In this document: positions 56,644-64,000 of the stretch, piece by piece | How the letters are laid out: each line of letters opens with the position of its first letter | Position numbering within the stretch: position 1 is the first letter of the stretch | IMG/VR virus record: IMGVR_UViG_3300047476_000521 | Span: 64,001 to 128,000 of that record | Reading direction: 5' to 3' (one strand) | Length of the DNA stretch: 64,000 nt | DNA from: a virus | Notes under the pieces: generated by a model | Seen by the model: only the letters and a program-made list of their open reading frames with translations | The model's database searches: none | Told to the model about the DNA's origin: nothing | Made by a program: the position numbers and the translations under genes

Positions 56644-57221
56644 TTTGTAGAATTCTTCTGTAAAACTGGATTAGAAACCAAGCAATGCCAAACTACTGCC
56701 TGAAATGCTTCTGAATGAGGCGTAACCCGAGCAGGATTTACCTCAGGAATATGAACAACCTGATGAGCCATCTGATGGGTATATCCGTTATTCTTACCAA
56801 CAATACCAAAGATATGAGCTCCAACATAATTGGCATAATCAATTGCCTTAACTAAGGCTACTGATACATTCTTTTCTTTGTTTCCACCACCAACGGAAAG
56901 AACAAAGATAGCATCATACTTATTAAGATTGCTAGTGCGTAGATATTCGTCGAAGATAGTATCAAAACCTTCATCATTTGTTCTAGCAGTAAGCTCTGGA
57001 ACATTATCTGTTGGACAATACGCTTCAATACCACATAGCTTTCTAAGATCGTTTACCATGTGAGAAGCATTACCAGCAGAACCACCAACTCCCAAAACAA
57101 AAACTCTACCTGCTCGAGCTCTAACTTCTGAAAGAGCTTCGGCTAGAATTTGAATCTTTCGAGTATCGATAGCCTGTGAAATAGTTGTTACTTCTTGAAA
57201 GAAATCGTCAGAGTGACTCAT
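56637..57221 (-). CDS. gmhA: SIS-domain phosphosugar isomerase, GmhA-type
   Basis: GVGGSAGNASHMVNDL, LTARTND, LSVGGG, PHSEAFQ. Confidence 0.87.
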   Translation of the reverse strand: MSHSDDFFQEVTTISQAIDTRKIQILAEALSEVRARAGRVFVLGVGGSAGNASHMVNDLRKLCGIEAYCPTDNVPELTARTNDEGFDTIFDEYLRTSNLNKYDAIFVLSVGGGNKEKNVSVALVKAIDYANYVGAHIFGIVGKNNGYTHQMAHQVVHIPEVNPARVTPHSEAFQAVVWHCLVSNPVLQKNSTKW

Positions 57222-57645
57222 TATGTTTAATCCTTTTTCTCAAACCACTTGAAGAATAATTATGTAATCTATCAATATAGATAATCTCAACGGATCTGTT
57301 TTCGCAGATGTCTTGACCGTTTAATGTTTGACCCTTATATTCTGATCCTATAAACCTTTTGTTTATATTAAGAATAGATAGCATATTACTTAGGTCTTCC
57401 TCAGTATCGTAAGGAATGATCTCATCTACGCATCTTAAAGCGTTTAACTGACACCAACGTTCGAACGTTGTCTGAACTGGTTTGTTTTTCTCTTTGGGCC
57501 TATTAATAGTAGGATCAGTTTGTAACCCTACTATCAACCAATTACATTGTTTCTTACATTGTTCTAGCATGGAAACATGACCTGCATGAAGCAGGTCAAA
57601 TGAGCCAAAAGTAATTCCTATTGAAAAATTATCCTCTGACAACAT
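57208..57645 (-). CDS. HIGH-class nucleotidyl/cytidylyltransferase (TagD/HldC-like)
   Basis: GSFDLLHAGH, LIVGLQTD, KP..ER, RLHNYSSSGLR. Confidence 0.87.
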   Translation of the reverse strand: MLSEDNFSIGITFGSFDLLHAGHVSMLEQCKKQCNWLIVGLQTDPTINRPKEKNKPVQTTFERWCQLNALRCVDEIIPYDTEEDLSNMLSILNINKRFIGSEYKGQTLNGQDICENRSVEIIYIDRLHNYSSSGLRKRIKHNESL

Positions 57646-58456
57646 AATACATATTTCCTCCATCCCACTTATTAAGACCATCGCTTACTAAAGGAATCTT
57701 TTCTACGTTCTTGTCCATGAAGAAATTGTTGAAATAATCATCATTGACTTCTAAACCAAACACTGCTGACTGAGCAAGGACAAGCCAATTCTTAGACTTA
57801 TCGATCTTAGGCATTAAAACGTTTCTATATTCTACAGGAGTTTCTGACAAAGACCAAGTAGCAATAACTAGATCAGAATGAGTAGCAACGTCATCTTCGA
57901 ACGACCATTTAGGATTAATACCCTGCTTACTAAGATAAAATTCTTGGATTGGCTGCGTCTCTGGAATATCAACAATAGTATATTCGCCCTTAAATCCTAG
58001 AGCATGAACTACCGAACACATATCTCCATAACCAGCACCGATCTCAACAATTGACTTCATATCCTTTAACTTATCAGCAAAGCCAGTTATACAAAGATGA
58101 GCAATATCTTGGATACGCTGCATCGATGTATCAAAGTCAGAAGTGACACGAAGCATTGGTCTAATGTGATCTGGCGCTCCAATCCAATTTTCTTGGAGCG
58201 CCGTGGCAATTTGCTCATCTCGTGCAGCATGATAAAACGATTCGCCAACAAAGCGAGAAGTTCTATACTGAGTAATAAAAGGTACATTGTGACAAGAAGC
58301 CCATAGCCTAAAACGATTAAGCGGGAGTGTAGCGCAATCATGCTTAAACACTTCCCGCATCGTTGGCCAATACTCTGGCCCGTTTACGTTTTTAGCTTCT
58401 CGAGCTTTCACTGAAACTTCTGACATTGGATCAAAGTCAGACCATATTAAATCCAT
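57629..58456 (-). CDS. Putative sugar O-methyltransferase (class I SAM)
   Basis: VEIGAGYG, YTIVDIPE, DLVIATWSLSE. Confidence 0.75.
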   Translation of the reverse strand: MDLIWSDFDPMSEVSVKAREAKNVNGPEYWPTMREVFKHDCATLPLNRFRLWASCHNVPFITQYRTSRFVGESFYHAARDEQIATALQENWIGAPDHIRPMLRVTSDFDTSMQRIQDIAHLCITGFADKLKDMKSIVEIGAGYGDMCSVVHALGFKGEYTIVDIPETQPIQEFYLSKQGINPKWSFEDDVATHSDLVIATWSLSETPVEYRNVLMPKIDKSKNWLVLAQSAVFGLEVNDDYFNNFFMDKNVEKIPLVSDGLNKWDGGNMYYVVRG

Positions 58457-58470
58457 AATAAACTCCTATA

Positions 58471-58833
58471 TTAAGCTTGTCTAGTTAGAAGCGTAGAATC
58501 AATATTCTTTGCTTCGAAAAATGTTCTAACTAGATGAAGAACTGTCTTCTCGTTAAAAGGCTTGCAAGAAAAGACGTCGAGGTAAATATCATCAGTTTCG
58601 TTAACGAAGTGTGCGCAAATATTGCTTGTTTCGATTAATTGAACAAGAGTGTAACCTGCTTTGTTTCCTGAACCAAAGTTCACAATCTGTGGTTCGCCAT
58701 AAGCAACCATATCGATATCTCTGACTAACTGTTTAGTAAACTCATGAATTACACCATAGTTAGTAATCATTTCGTGATTACACCCGCTTGCATTAACAAT
58801 AAGATGATAACCCCAATAAGTCTTTTCGCTCAT
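58471..58833 (-). CDS. speD: Pyruvoyl-dependent S-adenosylmethionine decarboxylase-like proenzyme
   Basis: GYHLIVN, GYTLVQLIETSNICAHF, YLDVFSCKPF. Confidence 0.85.
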   Translation of the reverse strand: MSEKTYWGYHLIVNASGCNHEMITNYGVIHEFTKQLVRDIDMVAYGEPQIVNFGSGNKAGYTLVQLIETSNICAHFVNETDDIYLDVFSCKPFNEKTVLHLVRTFFEAKNIDSTLLTRQA

Positions 58834-58844
58834 GTATTTGTCTC

Positions 58845-59123
58845 CTATGAATATTGGTAAGGATCTAAAATTTCAACATACTCAATGGAGTCAATGCGAA
58901 AAGAACGCCATCCTCCCTTCATCACATCCCATACGGCAAGAACATCTGGGTTCTTGCCGTGAAAATCTTTTTCTTCTGCCTGTTCGTTTACGTAGTTAGG
59001 AGGAAGAAGAGCAGGCATTAAAGTGCATCGCATCTCTCGCTTCTCGCCGTTTACCTTTGTGAAGTACACGGCCATAACATTTTTACGTAGATCGTTTAGA
59101 AGCGTATCACGTTCATAAGCCAT
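58845..59123 (-). CDS. SH3/WYL-like beta-barrel protein
   Basis: VYFTKVNGEKREMRCTL..VWD..GWRSFR. Confidence 0.8.
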   Translation of the reverse strand: MAYERDTLLNDLRKNVMAVYFTKVNGEKREMRCTLMPALLPPNYVNEQAEEKDFHGKNPDVLAVWDVMKGGWRSFRIDSIEYVEILDPYQYS

Positions 59124-59383
59124 TAGTCGTTCTCCAATAGAATCTTACGGTTATCTGAAGTTTCTTCAGTAAGATGTCTCTTTAGCTGTTCAAATCCACC
59201 AATGTTGAATCCATCCAGAACGATTACTGGAAAGGTCTTTGCTTCGGGGAATTTGGTAAGTAACACTTCTCTTGTAAAGTCTTCGTCTAACTTATATTCG
59301 ACGAACTCCTTACTGTGAAGTCGTAGCATTTGTTTAGCTTGATCGCAATACACACAATTATTTTTTGAATAAACCTCAATCAT
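59123..59383 (-). CDS. Glutaredoxin
   Basis: YSKNNCVYC, TFPVI, IGGF. Confidence 0.9.
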   Translation of the reverse strand: MIEVYSKNNCVYCDQAKQMLRLHSKEFVEYKLDEDFTREVLLTKFPEAKTFPVIVLDGFNIGGFEQLKRHLTEETSDNRKILLEND

Positions 59384-59492
59384 TGAAATAACTCCACCAA
59401 TAATGATATACATCGTTAGGATCATAAGGATTGTAACCCTTCATGATCATGTCTGTCTCTACCATAAACTCTAGATCGCTGCTCATATCCAT
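59376..59492 (-). CDS. Small hypothetical protein (38 aa, not in ORF track)
   Basis: SD GGAGG; MDMSSDLEFMVETDMIMKGYNPYDPNDVYHYWWSYFND overlaps glutaredoxin start. Confidence 0.55.
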   Translation of the reverse strand: MDMSSDLEFMVETDMIMKGYNPYDPNDVYHYWWSYFND

Positions 59493-59549
59493 AACAAACC
59501 TCCAATTAAGACATATTATTATACTAATTGTTTGGGAAAAAGTAAACTC

Positions 59550-60275
59550 TTATTTTAAGGAGAGCTCTTTATCTTTAAGCGAAGACTCGTACTTATTCAT
59601 CTTATCTATATATCCACGATTACGTAGTTCTTTGAATAAAAGGTTTTCTCTACCGAACTCTCCATACTGCTGAAGAGAAGCTGTTCTCATATTCTTAAAT
59701 TTAGTTTTCATGTTATTGAAAGATTCTTCTCCCATATGATGTTTGATCATATGATCAATAGCATGCATGTAATGAGAAACTTTTTGTTTGAGTAGATGAT
59801 CGTTCTTAAAGTCATAGTTGACTTTAACAGGTTTCTTTACCCATTCATTTTTAAGAAGAGAATACACTCCTTGATTCTTAGGATATGTTATATCCTTGTC
59901 TTGAGCGTAAGGTTCTAGAGGATAACCATAAACATCAATATTATGAGTAAGAGTCCAAAGAGATTTTTTATCTTGAAGATATTCTTCAACGAATTTGGGG
60001 TCGCTGAATAGTTTACTACGATCAACAATCAAATGAACGTCTATGTCTGACTTGTTTGTGTAATTATAATTTGCATTACCGCCAGTCATTACAATATCTT
60101 CGATCATTGACTTAGGTATTTTAGCAAACTCTGCCCATGCATGCCCAAAATTTATGAGAGCTTTTCTTACTTCTGGGTTTAATTTGTCTGAGGAGCTCCA
60201 AATTTTTGGGTTTAATTCTTCGTGGTATTGAAGAGTTAATTTCAACTCAGACAAATAAATGTTAAAATTAAGCAT
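59550..60275 (-). CDS. Pol-beta superfamily nucleotidyltransferase
   Basis: TGGNANYNY..SDIDVH motif; third acid in PLEPY; GVYSLLKNEW. Confidence 0.8.
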   Translation of the reverse strand: MLNFNIYLSELKLTLQYHEELNPKIWSSSDKLNPEVRKALINFGHAWAEFAKIPKSMIEDIVMTGGNANYNYTNKSDIDVHLIVDRSKLFSDPKFVEEYLQDKKSLWTLTHNIDVYGYPLEPYAQDKDITYPKNQGVYSLLKNEWVKKPVKVNYDFKNDHLLKQKVSHYMHAIDHMIKHHMGEESFNNMKTKFKNMRTASLQQYGEFGRENLLFKELRNRGYIDKMNKYESSLKDKELSLK

Positions 60276-60278
60276 GGT

Positions 60279-60316
60279 TCCTCCGGAATGTTGTATATTA
60301 TTTATATTCCGGAGAA
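60279..60316 (-). promoter_or_regulatory. Late promoter inside an RBS-sequestering hairpin
   Basis: Minus strand TTCTCCGGAAT-ATAAATAATATACAAC-ATTCCGGAGGA-ACC-ATG; TATAAATA at 60299-60306. Confidence 0.8.
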
Positions 60317-60320
60317 ATTA

Positions 60321-61025
60321 TTACTTGGTCTTTATATATGATGCTTTGATCTTGCTCTTTTCAAGAATTTCGAAGCCATTAGGGAATAGATAAGTCTGTT
60401 CTACGATCTCGTCATGATCATACATCCAAATATCATCAAACACATGAACTGATCCAACTGGAGCACGCTTGACAAAGAAGTCGCACTCTAGATGTAAGGC
60501 TCCATTATCATGAGGACCATCAAAAAATACGAAAGCGTATTCGTTTTCTAGCTTCTTATAATCATCATATACCGGAACGCCATCACCATAACGATTGAAA
60601 AACTCTGAATCTTCTAGACAGAAAAAGGAGAAGTTCAAACCAGCATTATATGCATAGAAATATAGAGAAGGAATAATACGGTTACGCATTGTATTATCAT
60701 AATCAAAACGCTGGGGCGAAGTAATCTCCTTTGACATCTTATCGCCTTCGATCTGACGTTCTGGGTTATGAATTGACATGTTAAGATTAGTGCATTCAAT
60801 CTCGATGTTACCATATGGATCAATACAGAACATAGAACGATTGTTGTTGCCTGTCTGAACAAGCGTATCAATAATCAACTTAGCAGAACCACCACGACGA
60901 GTGCCAATCTCAACGATGGCGCCAGGAACTTCTTGCTTGACAGCAGCTGCTGCTCTTACTAAGATTTCATACTCCTGAGAATCTGTACCAAAAACTTCTT
61001 CATCACTAAAACGAATAATTGCCAT
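60321..61025 (-). CDS. Class I SAM methyltransferase (Methyltransf_24/TylF-like)
   Basis: VEIGTRRGGS, IDPYG, VFFDGPH, VFDD. Confidence 0.82.
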   Translation of the reverse strand: MAIIRFSDEEVFGTDSQEYEILVRAAAAVKQEVPGAIVEIGTRRGGSAKLIIDTLVQTGNNNRSMFCIDPYGNIEIECTNLNMSIHNPERQIEGDKMSKEITSPQRFDYDNTMRNRIIPSLYFYAYNAGLNFSFFCLEDSEFFNRYGDGVPVYDDYKKLENEYAFVFFDGPHDNGALHLECDFFVKRAPVGSVHVFDDIWMYDHDEIVEQTYLFPNGFEILEKSKIKASYIKTK

Positions 61026-61026
61026 T

Positions 61027-61266
61027 TTATACTCCTAATATAAGTTTAATCACGCCAACCAAATATAATATCAAAACAAAAGTTTGAATTATAATTAGAG
61101 ACCATTTATTCCATTTAACAGCCAAGAAAAACCACAGAAGATTTCCGATTACGTTGATATATATGTTAATCGGATATACGTTCCATGCAGTAAGGGCAAC
61201 ACCAATAATCAAAGTTATCGTTGCTGCCCACTCAATAAAAATCCACAATCTCGTCTGCGATACCAT
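61027..61266 (-). CDS. Small three-helix membrane protein
   Basis: Three hydrophobic segments; YPINIY..GNLLW. Confidence 0.7.
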   Translation of the reverse strand: MVSQTRLWIFIEWAATITLIIGVALTAWNVYPINIYINVIGNLLWFFLAVKWNKWSLIIIQTFVLILYLVGVIKLILGV

Positions 61267-61795
61267 ATTTTACTGCCTCTCTTGCAGAAAGCCAAACATC
61301 TTCTGGTGGTAATAGATACTTCTTAATAGTTGCTTCCGTTTGACCAGTGCACTTTTTATAATGATCCATAATACGTTGAGAAGTGTTTTCGAACTCTTTA
61401 ACCCTAGACATCAACTCATGTTCTTTACCATAGGATCCCCATGAGAATTGGTGTGATAGAATAGCTGTGTTTCTTGTAATATACCTATGACCCTTATGAC
61501 CTGCGATAAACGTAAGCAAACCACATGAAGAAATTTCACCAAGTCCATATGTATATATTGGAATCTTGGATCCTTTCATCGTATCAATAAGAGAGAATGC
61601 AGAAGTTACCATTCCGCCGGGTGAATTAATGATCATTTTCATGAACTTAGGACGATCTCTGCCCATTAAATTACGTGCGAGAATGAATCTCATAGCATCC
61701 GAGCAGGAACCATTGTCAAAATCTTGTGAGAAAATATAGTAATGATGGTCTTCAATGTTGGGAATATTAATGTCTTTTGTTTCTTCTTTTAGCAT
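61232..61795 (-). CDS. clpP: ClpP-family protease
   Basis: INSPGG, SSCG (Ser), LSHQ (His), DVWLSAREAVKYGIAD. Confidence 0.9.
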   Translation of the reverse strand: MLKEETKDINIPNIEDHHYYIFSQDFDNGSCSDAMRFILARNLMGRDRPKFMKMIINSPGGMVTSAFSLIDTMKGSKIPIYTYGLGEISSCGLLTFIAGHKGHRYITRNTAILSHQFSWGSYGKEHELMSRVKEFENTSQRIMDHYKKCTGQTEATIKKYLLPPEDVWLSAREAVKYGIADEIVDFY

Positions 61796-61809
61796 CTTAA
61801 CTCCATGTT

Positions 61810-61839
61810 AAAAAGGGGTGGCACGGACATTGCCACCCC
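61810..61839 (-). terminator. Rho-independent terminator
   Basis: GGGGTGGCA/TGCCACCCC 9-bp stem with T-run on minus strand. Confidence 0.8.
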
Positions 61840-61844
61840 AAATA

Positions 61845-62411
61845 TTAAAGCTGAACGTGAATATGGTCGTAGTGACCTGGAACTCGCCAGAGAACCTTAT
61901 ATCCACTTGCCCGCATACTTGCAGCGAGCGCATCGAACTTATGTGCATAACCTGAACGAGCTTCTGTTAAACCCGTTCCAACGTTCACATCAATAGCACG
62001 ACCTGAGTAGTGCGCCGAATGATGTGAGTGCACATGATGTACGCCACCAAATAGAGGGTGTTCTGAAACACGATAACCCTGTTCCTGTAGTTGGTGACCT
62101 AGTGCCACGATTGAATGCGAAGCAAAAGTAGAAGCAGTGGATGCAAAATATCTGCTCTGCTGATTCTGATATGCTCTTGCTTGCTTTTCGTTACGCCAGC
62201 GTGGTTGTGGAGTAACGGACCAGTTAGAGCCATTGCCGAAAATATGCTCAAGAAAATTTCTTGGCGGATTCTCAACATGATAGGCAACTTGATGGTCTTT
62301 ATCAACGACTGAATAACGAGTATTCTTGCCGTGATGGAGTCTGGCCTCAGCTGCTCCGCTAAACGCAAGAACAGCTGCAGCTGCCACCGCAGCCAAAATA
62401 TTCTTCTTCAT
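61845..62411 (-). CDS. Secreted Zn peptidase (LAS/M15-like), putative cell-wall hydrolase
   Basis: Signal peptide ending AEA; SAHYSGRAID (Hx6D) and HYDHIH (HxH). Confidence 0.75.
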   Translation of the reverse strand: MKKNILAAVAAAAVLAFSGAAEARLHHGKNTRYSVVDKDHQVAYHVENPPRNFLEHIFGNGSNWSVTPQPRWRNEKQARAYQNQQSRYFASTASTFASHSIVALGHQLQEQGYRVSEHPLFGGVHHVHSHHSAHYSGRAIDVNVGTGLTEARSGYAHKFDALAASMRASGYKVLWRVPGHYDHIHVQL

Positions 62412-62442
62412 ACTTATACCTTTCTTCTGCGCAACTGTGACT

Positions 62443-62772
62443 TCAATGCACTATAGAATAGAATAAACGTGCAACACCATTAAAACCTAGAGATCTCGCT
62501 ACATTTTGGTTAACGTCAAGGTTCCTACCCCTGACGAATGGACCTCTATCAGTCACAACTGCTGTTACGGATCTTCCATTTCTAGGATTGGTAATATGAA
62601 TCCTTGTGCCGAATGGAAGTGTTTTATGAGCTACACCATAGGTGGCTCTCATTCCCGAAGCTGTCCGTCCGCTTCGATCATTATACCACGATGCATTCGC
62701 ATTAGTGGAATTAGTATTTATTGGATGAAAATTGAGTGCTGCTGCACACAAAAATGGAATCAAGCAAGACAT
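62443..62772 (-). CDS. rlpA: RlpA-like lytic transglycosylase (DPBB)
   Basis: ASWY, TASG, AHKTLPFGT, VTDRGPF, LDV. Confidence 0.88.
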   Translation of the reverse strand: MSCLIPFLCAAALNFHPINTNSTNANASWYNDRSGRTASGMRATYGVAHKTLPFGTRIHITNPRNGRSVTAVVTDRGPFVRGRNLDVNQNVARSLGFNGVARLFYSIVH

Positions 62773-62788
62773 AATATACCCTTAAGAA

Positions 62789-62864
62789 TGGTGGGGATGG
62801 CAGGACTCGAACCTGCAACCAGGCCGTTATGAGCGGTCGGCTCTAACCATTGAGCTACATCCCC
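62789..62864 (-). tRNA. tRNA-Ile2(CAT) (lysidine type)
   Basis: GGGGATGTAGCTCAATGGTTAGAGCCGACCG-CTCATAA-CGGCCTGGTTGCAGGTTCGAGTCCTGCCATCCCCACCA. Confidence 0.88.
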
Positions 62865-62872
62865 GAGATAGA

Positions 62873-63331
62873 CTAAGCTAGTAGTCTATCGGCTGCAATA
62901 GAAGCAGCAAACGCACGAGGTTTAACAAAAGGAACAACATTACAGAACCCCTTGATATAACCTACTGCTTCAGAGATTACGCACGACGAACCATACTTCT
63001 CATCTGGATTGATGTCAAGATGAATTTCTACAGTACGGTCGCCAATTGCTTCTTCGAGATCAAGAAACATTTGAGCAGTTCGCATTACTTCATTCATTAG
63101 ACGCATACGTGGCTTGTCTTTCTTTTGGTCATAATCTCTTTCAGTTTCTAGCTGACCAAAAATCTTACAACCATGCTTACCGTCATAATGAACAACAACT
63201 ACAGTACAGTATTCAGCGAACCATGTTTCGTGTTTACGATGGCGTGCTGAATCCGAACCGATATAAATCTTAGTTGCTTCTGAAGTATTACGAATAAAAT
63301 CTTTGACTTCTTCTAGATTCAGCTTACGCAT
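62873..63331 (-). CDS. YkuK-family RNase H-like protein
   Basis: IYIGSDS, RLMNEV, EIHLDIN, KP.AFAAS.AAD. Confidence 0.85.
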   Translation of the reverse strand: MRKLNLEEVKDFIRNTSEATKIYIGSDSARHRKHETWFAEYCTVVVVHYDGKHGCKIFGQLETERDYDQKKDKPRMRLMNEVMRTAQMFLDLEEAIGDRTVEIHLDINPDEKYGSSCVISEAVGYIKGFCNVVPFVKPRAFAASIAADRLLA

Positions 63332-63345
63332 ATCGTTACCTCATT

Positions 63346-63618
63346 TTACTTCCAGATCTTCCAATTCCAAGGAAGAATCTTCTCGAACCCAGACTTGTTC
63401 TTACCAGTCACAGTAATGTCTAGATCAGCACCATCAACATCAACCTGCATATCAGCACCTAGTGGTGCACGAACAACAACCTGACCGTTCTGAATAGCAG
63501 CACCATAAGCTGGTGGCTGAACATTTAGATTAGCTGAACGCTTTGGCGGTAGCGGAACATCTGCAGCAAAAGCTGCGCCAGCAAACATCATAGCGACAAA
63601 AAACACAACCTTATTCAT
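63346..63618 (-). CDS. Secreted hypothetical protein
   Basis: Signal peptide ending AFA; VPLPPKR. Confidence 0.7.
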   Translation of the reverse strand: MNKVVFFVAMMFAGAAFAADVPLPPKRSANLNVQPPAYGAAIQNGQVVVRAPLGADMQVDVDGADLDITVTGKNKSGFEKILPWNWKIWK

Positions 63619-63710
63619 TATTTACCTTTCTTTATCAAACTGGGTCTCACGTATTGACCTGAATGTTGTCTAGCATTACGACATATATGTATCTAGATCA
63701 AACCCCTGAA

Positions 63711-63809
63711 TTACTTACGCTTACGGCCCTTCAGACGACGAGCCTTGCGCTTCTGCGAACCAACCTTACGACGACCCTTACGAGGGCGATTCTTATTCGG
63801 CCACGGCAT
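63711..63809 (-). CDS. Very basic 32-aa peptide (not in ORF track)
   Basis: SD AAGGAG; MPWPNKNRPRKGRRKVGSQKRKARRLKGRKRK. Confidence 0.65.
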   Translation of the reverse strand: MPWPNKNRPRKGRRKVGSQKRKARRLKGRKRK

Positions 63810-63912
63810 TAGCTAGCTCCTTCTTTTCTAGAAGCCAAAGAGTCTTACCTTCATTCTTACCAAGAAGGTTCTGTAACTTGATAAGCTTCTTACGCATCTT
63901 CTTTCTATTCAT
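63793..63912 (-). CDS. Small basic hypothetical protein (39 aa)
   Basis: SD GGAGGTG; MNRKKMRKKLIKLQNLLGKNEGKTLWLLEKKELANAVAE; TTGACT..TATAAT promoter upstream. Confidence 0.6.
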   Translation of the reverse strand: MNRKKMRKKLIKLQNLLGKNEGKTLWLLEKKELANAVAE

Positions 63913-64000
63913 ATTCACCTCCATCAATAATCACTATTATACCCGTTTTTAAAGATCAGTCAAGTGTTTTGTTTTGCGAACTTTTGCAGAGATCCAAGAA

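Overview
A 64-kb segment of an AT-rich T4-like myovirus genome. tRNA-His lacking G-1 with A73, a tRNA-Ile2 of alphaproteobacterial type, and Rhizobiales-style secreted proteins point to an alphaproteobacterial host (inference). Layout: (1) 1-10.5 kb modular tail-fibre genes; (2) 10.5-25.6 kb neck, terminase, tail and head genes gp13-gp23 plus gp3, with a GIY-YIG endonuclease between gp13 and gp14; (3) 25.6-39 kb uvsY, uvsW, gp55, gp47, gp46 and gp45-44-62-regA, interrupted by an island encoding a TET/JBP dioxygenase, a TET-associated glycosyltransferase, a second GT-A enzyme, MazG-like, DUF3310 and DenV-like proteins; (4) 40.7-47 kb array of 27 tRNAs covering all 20 amino acids, several non-canonical, interleaved with about nine highly structured non-coding spacers and two homing endonucleases; (5) 48-64 kb minus-strand accessory genes including a coupled operon for an NDP-heptose/octose-type sugar (transaldolase, GmhA, HddA-type kinase, GmhB, nucleotidyltransferase, methyltransferase, GT4), SpeD, a late-regulated nucleotidyltransferase with a capsid-targeting-like N-terminus, ClpP, two cell-wall hydrolases and a 28th tRNA. 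Best candidates for undescribed biology: the higher-carbon sugar pathway possibly feeding TET-dependent DNA glycosylation, the inter-tRNA structured RNAs, and the odd tRNAs. All calls are from reading motifs by eye; no database searches were run.
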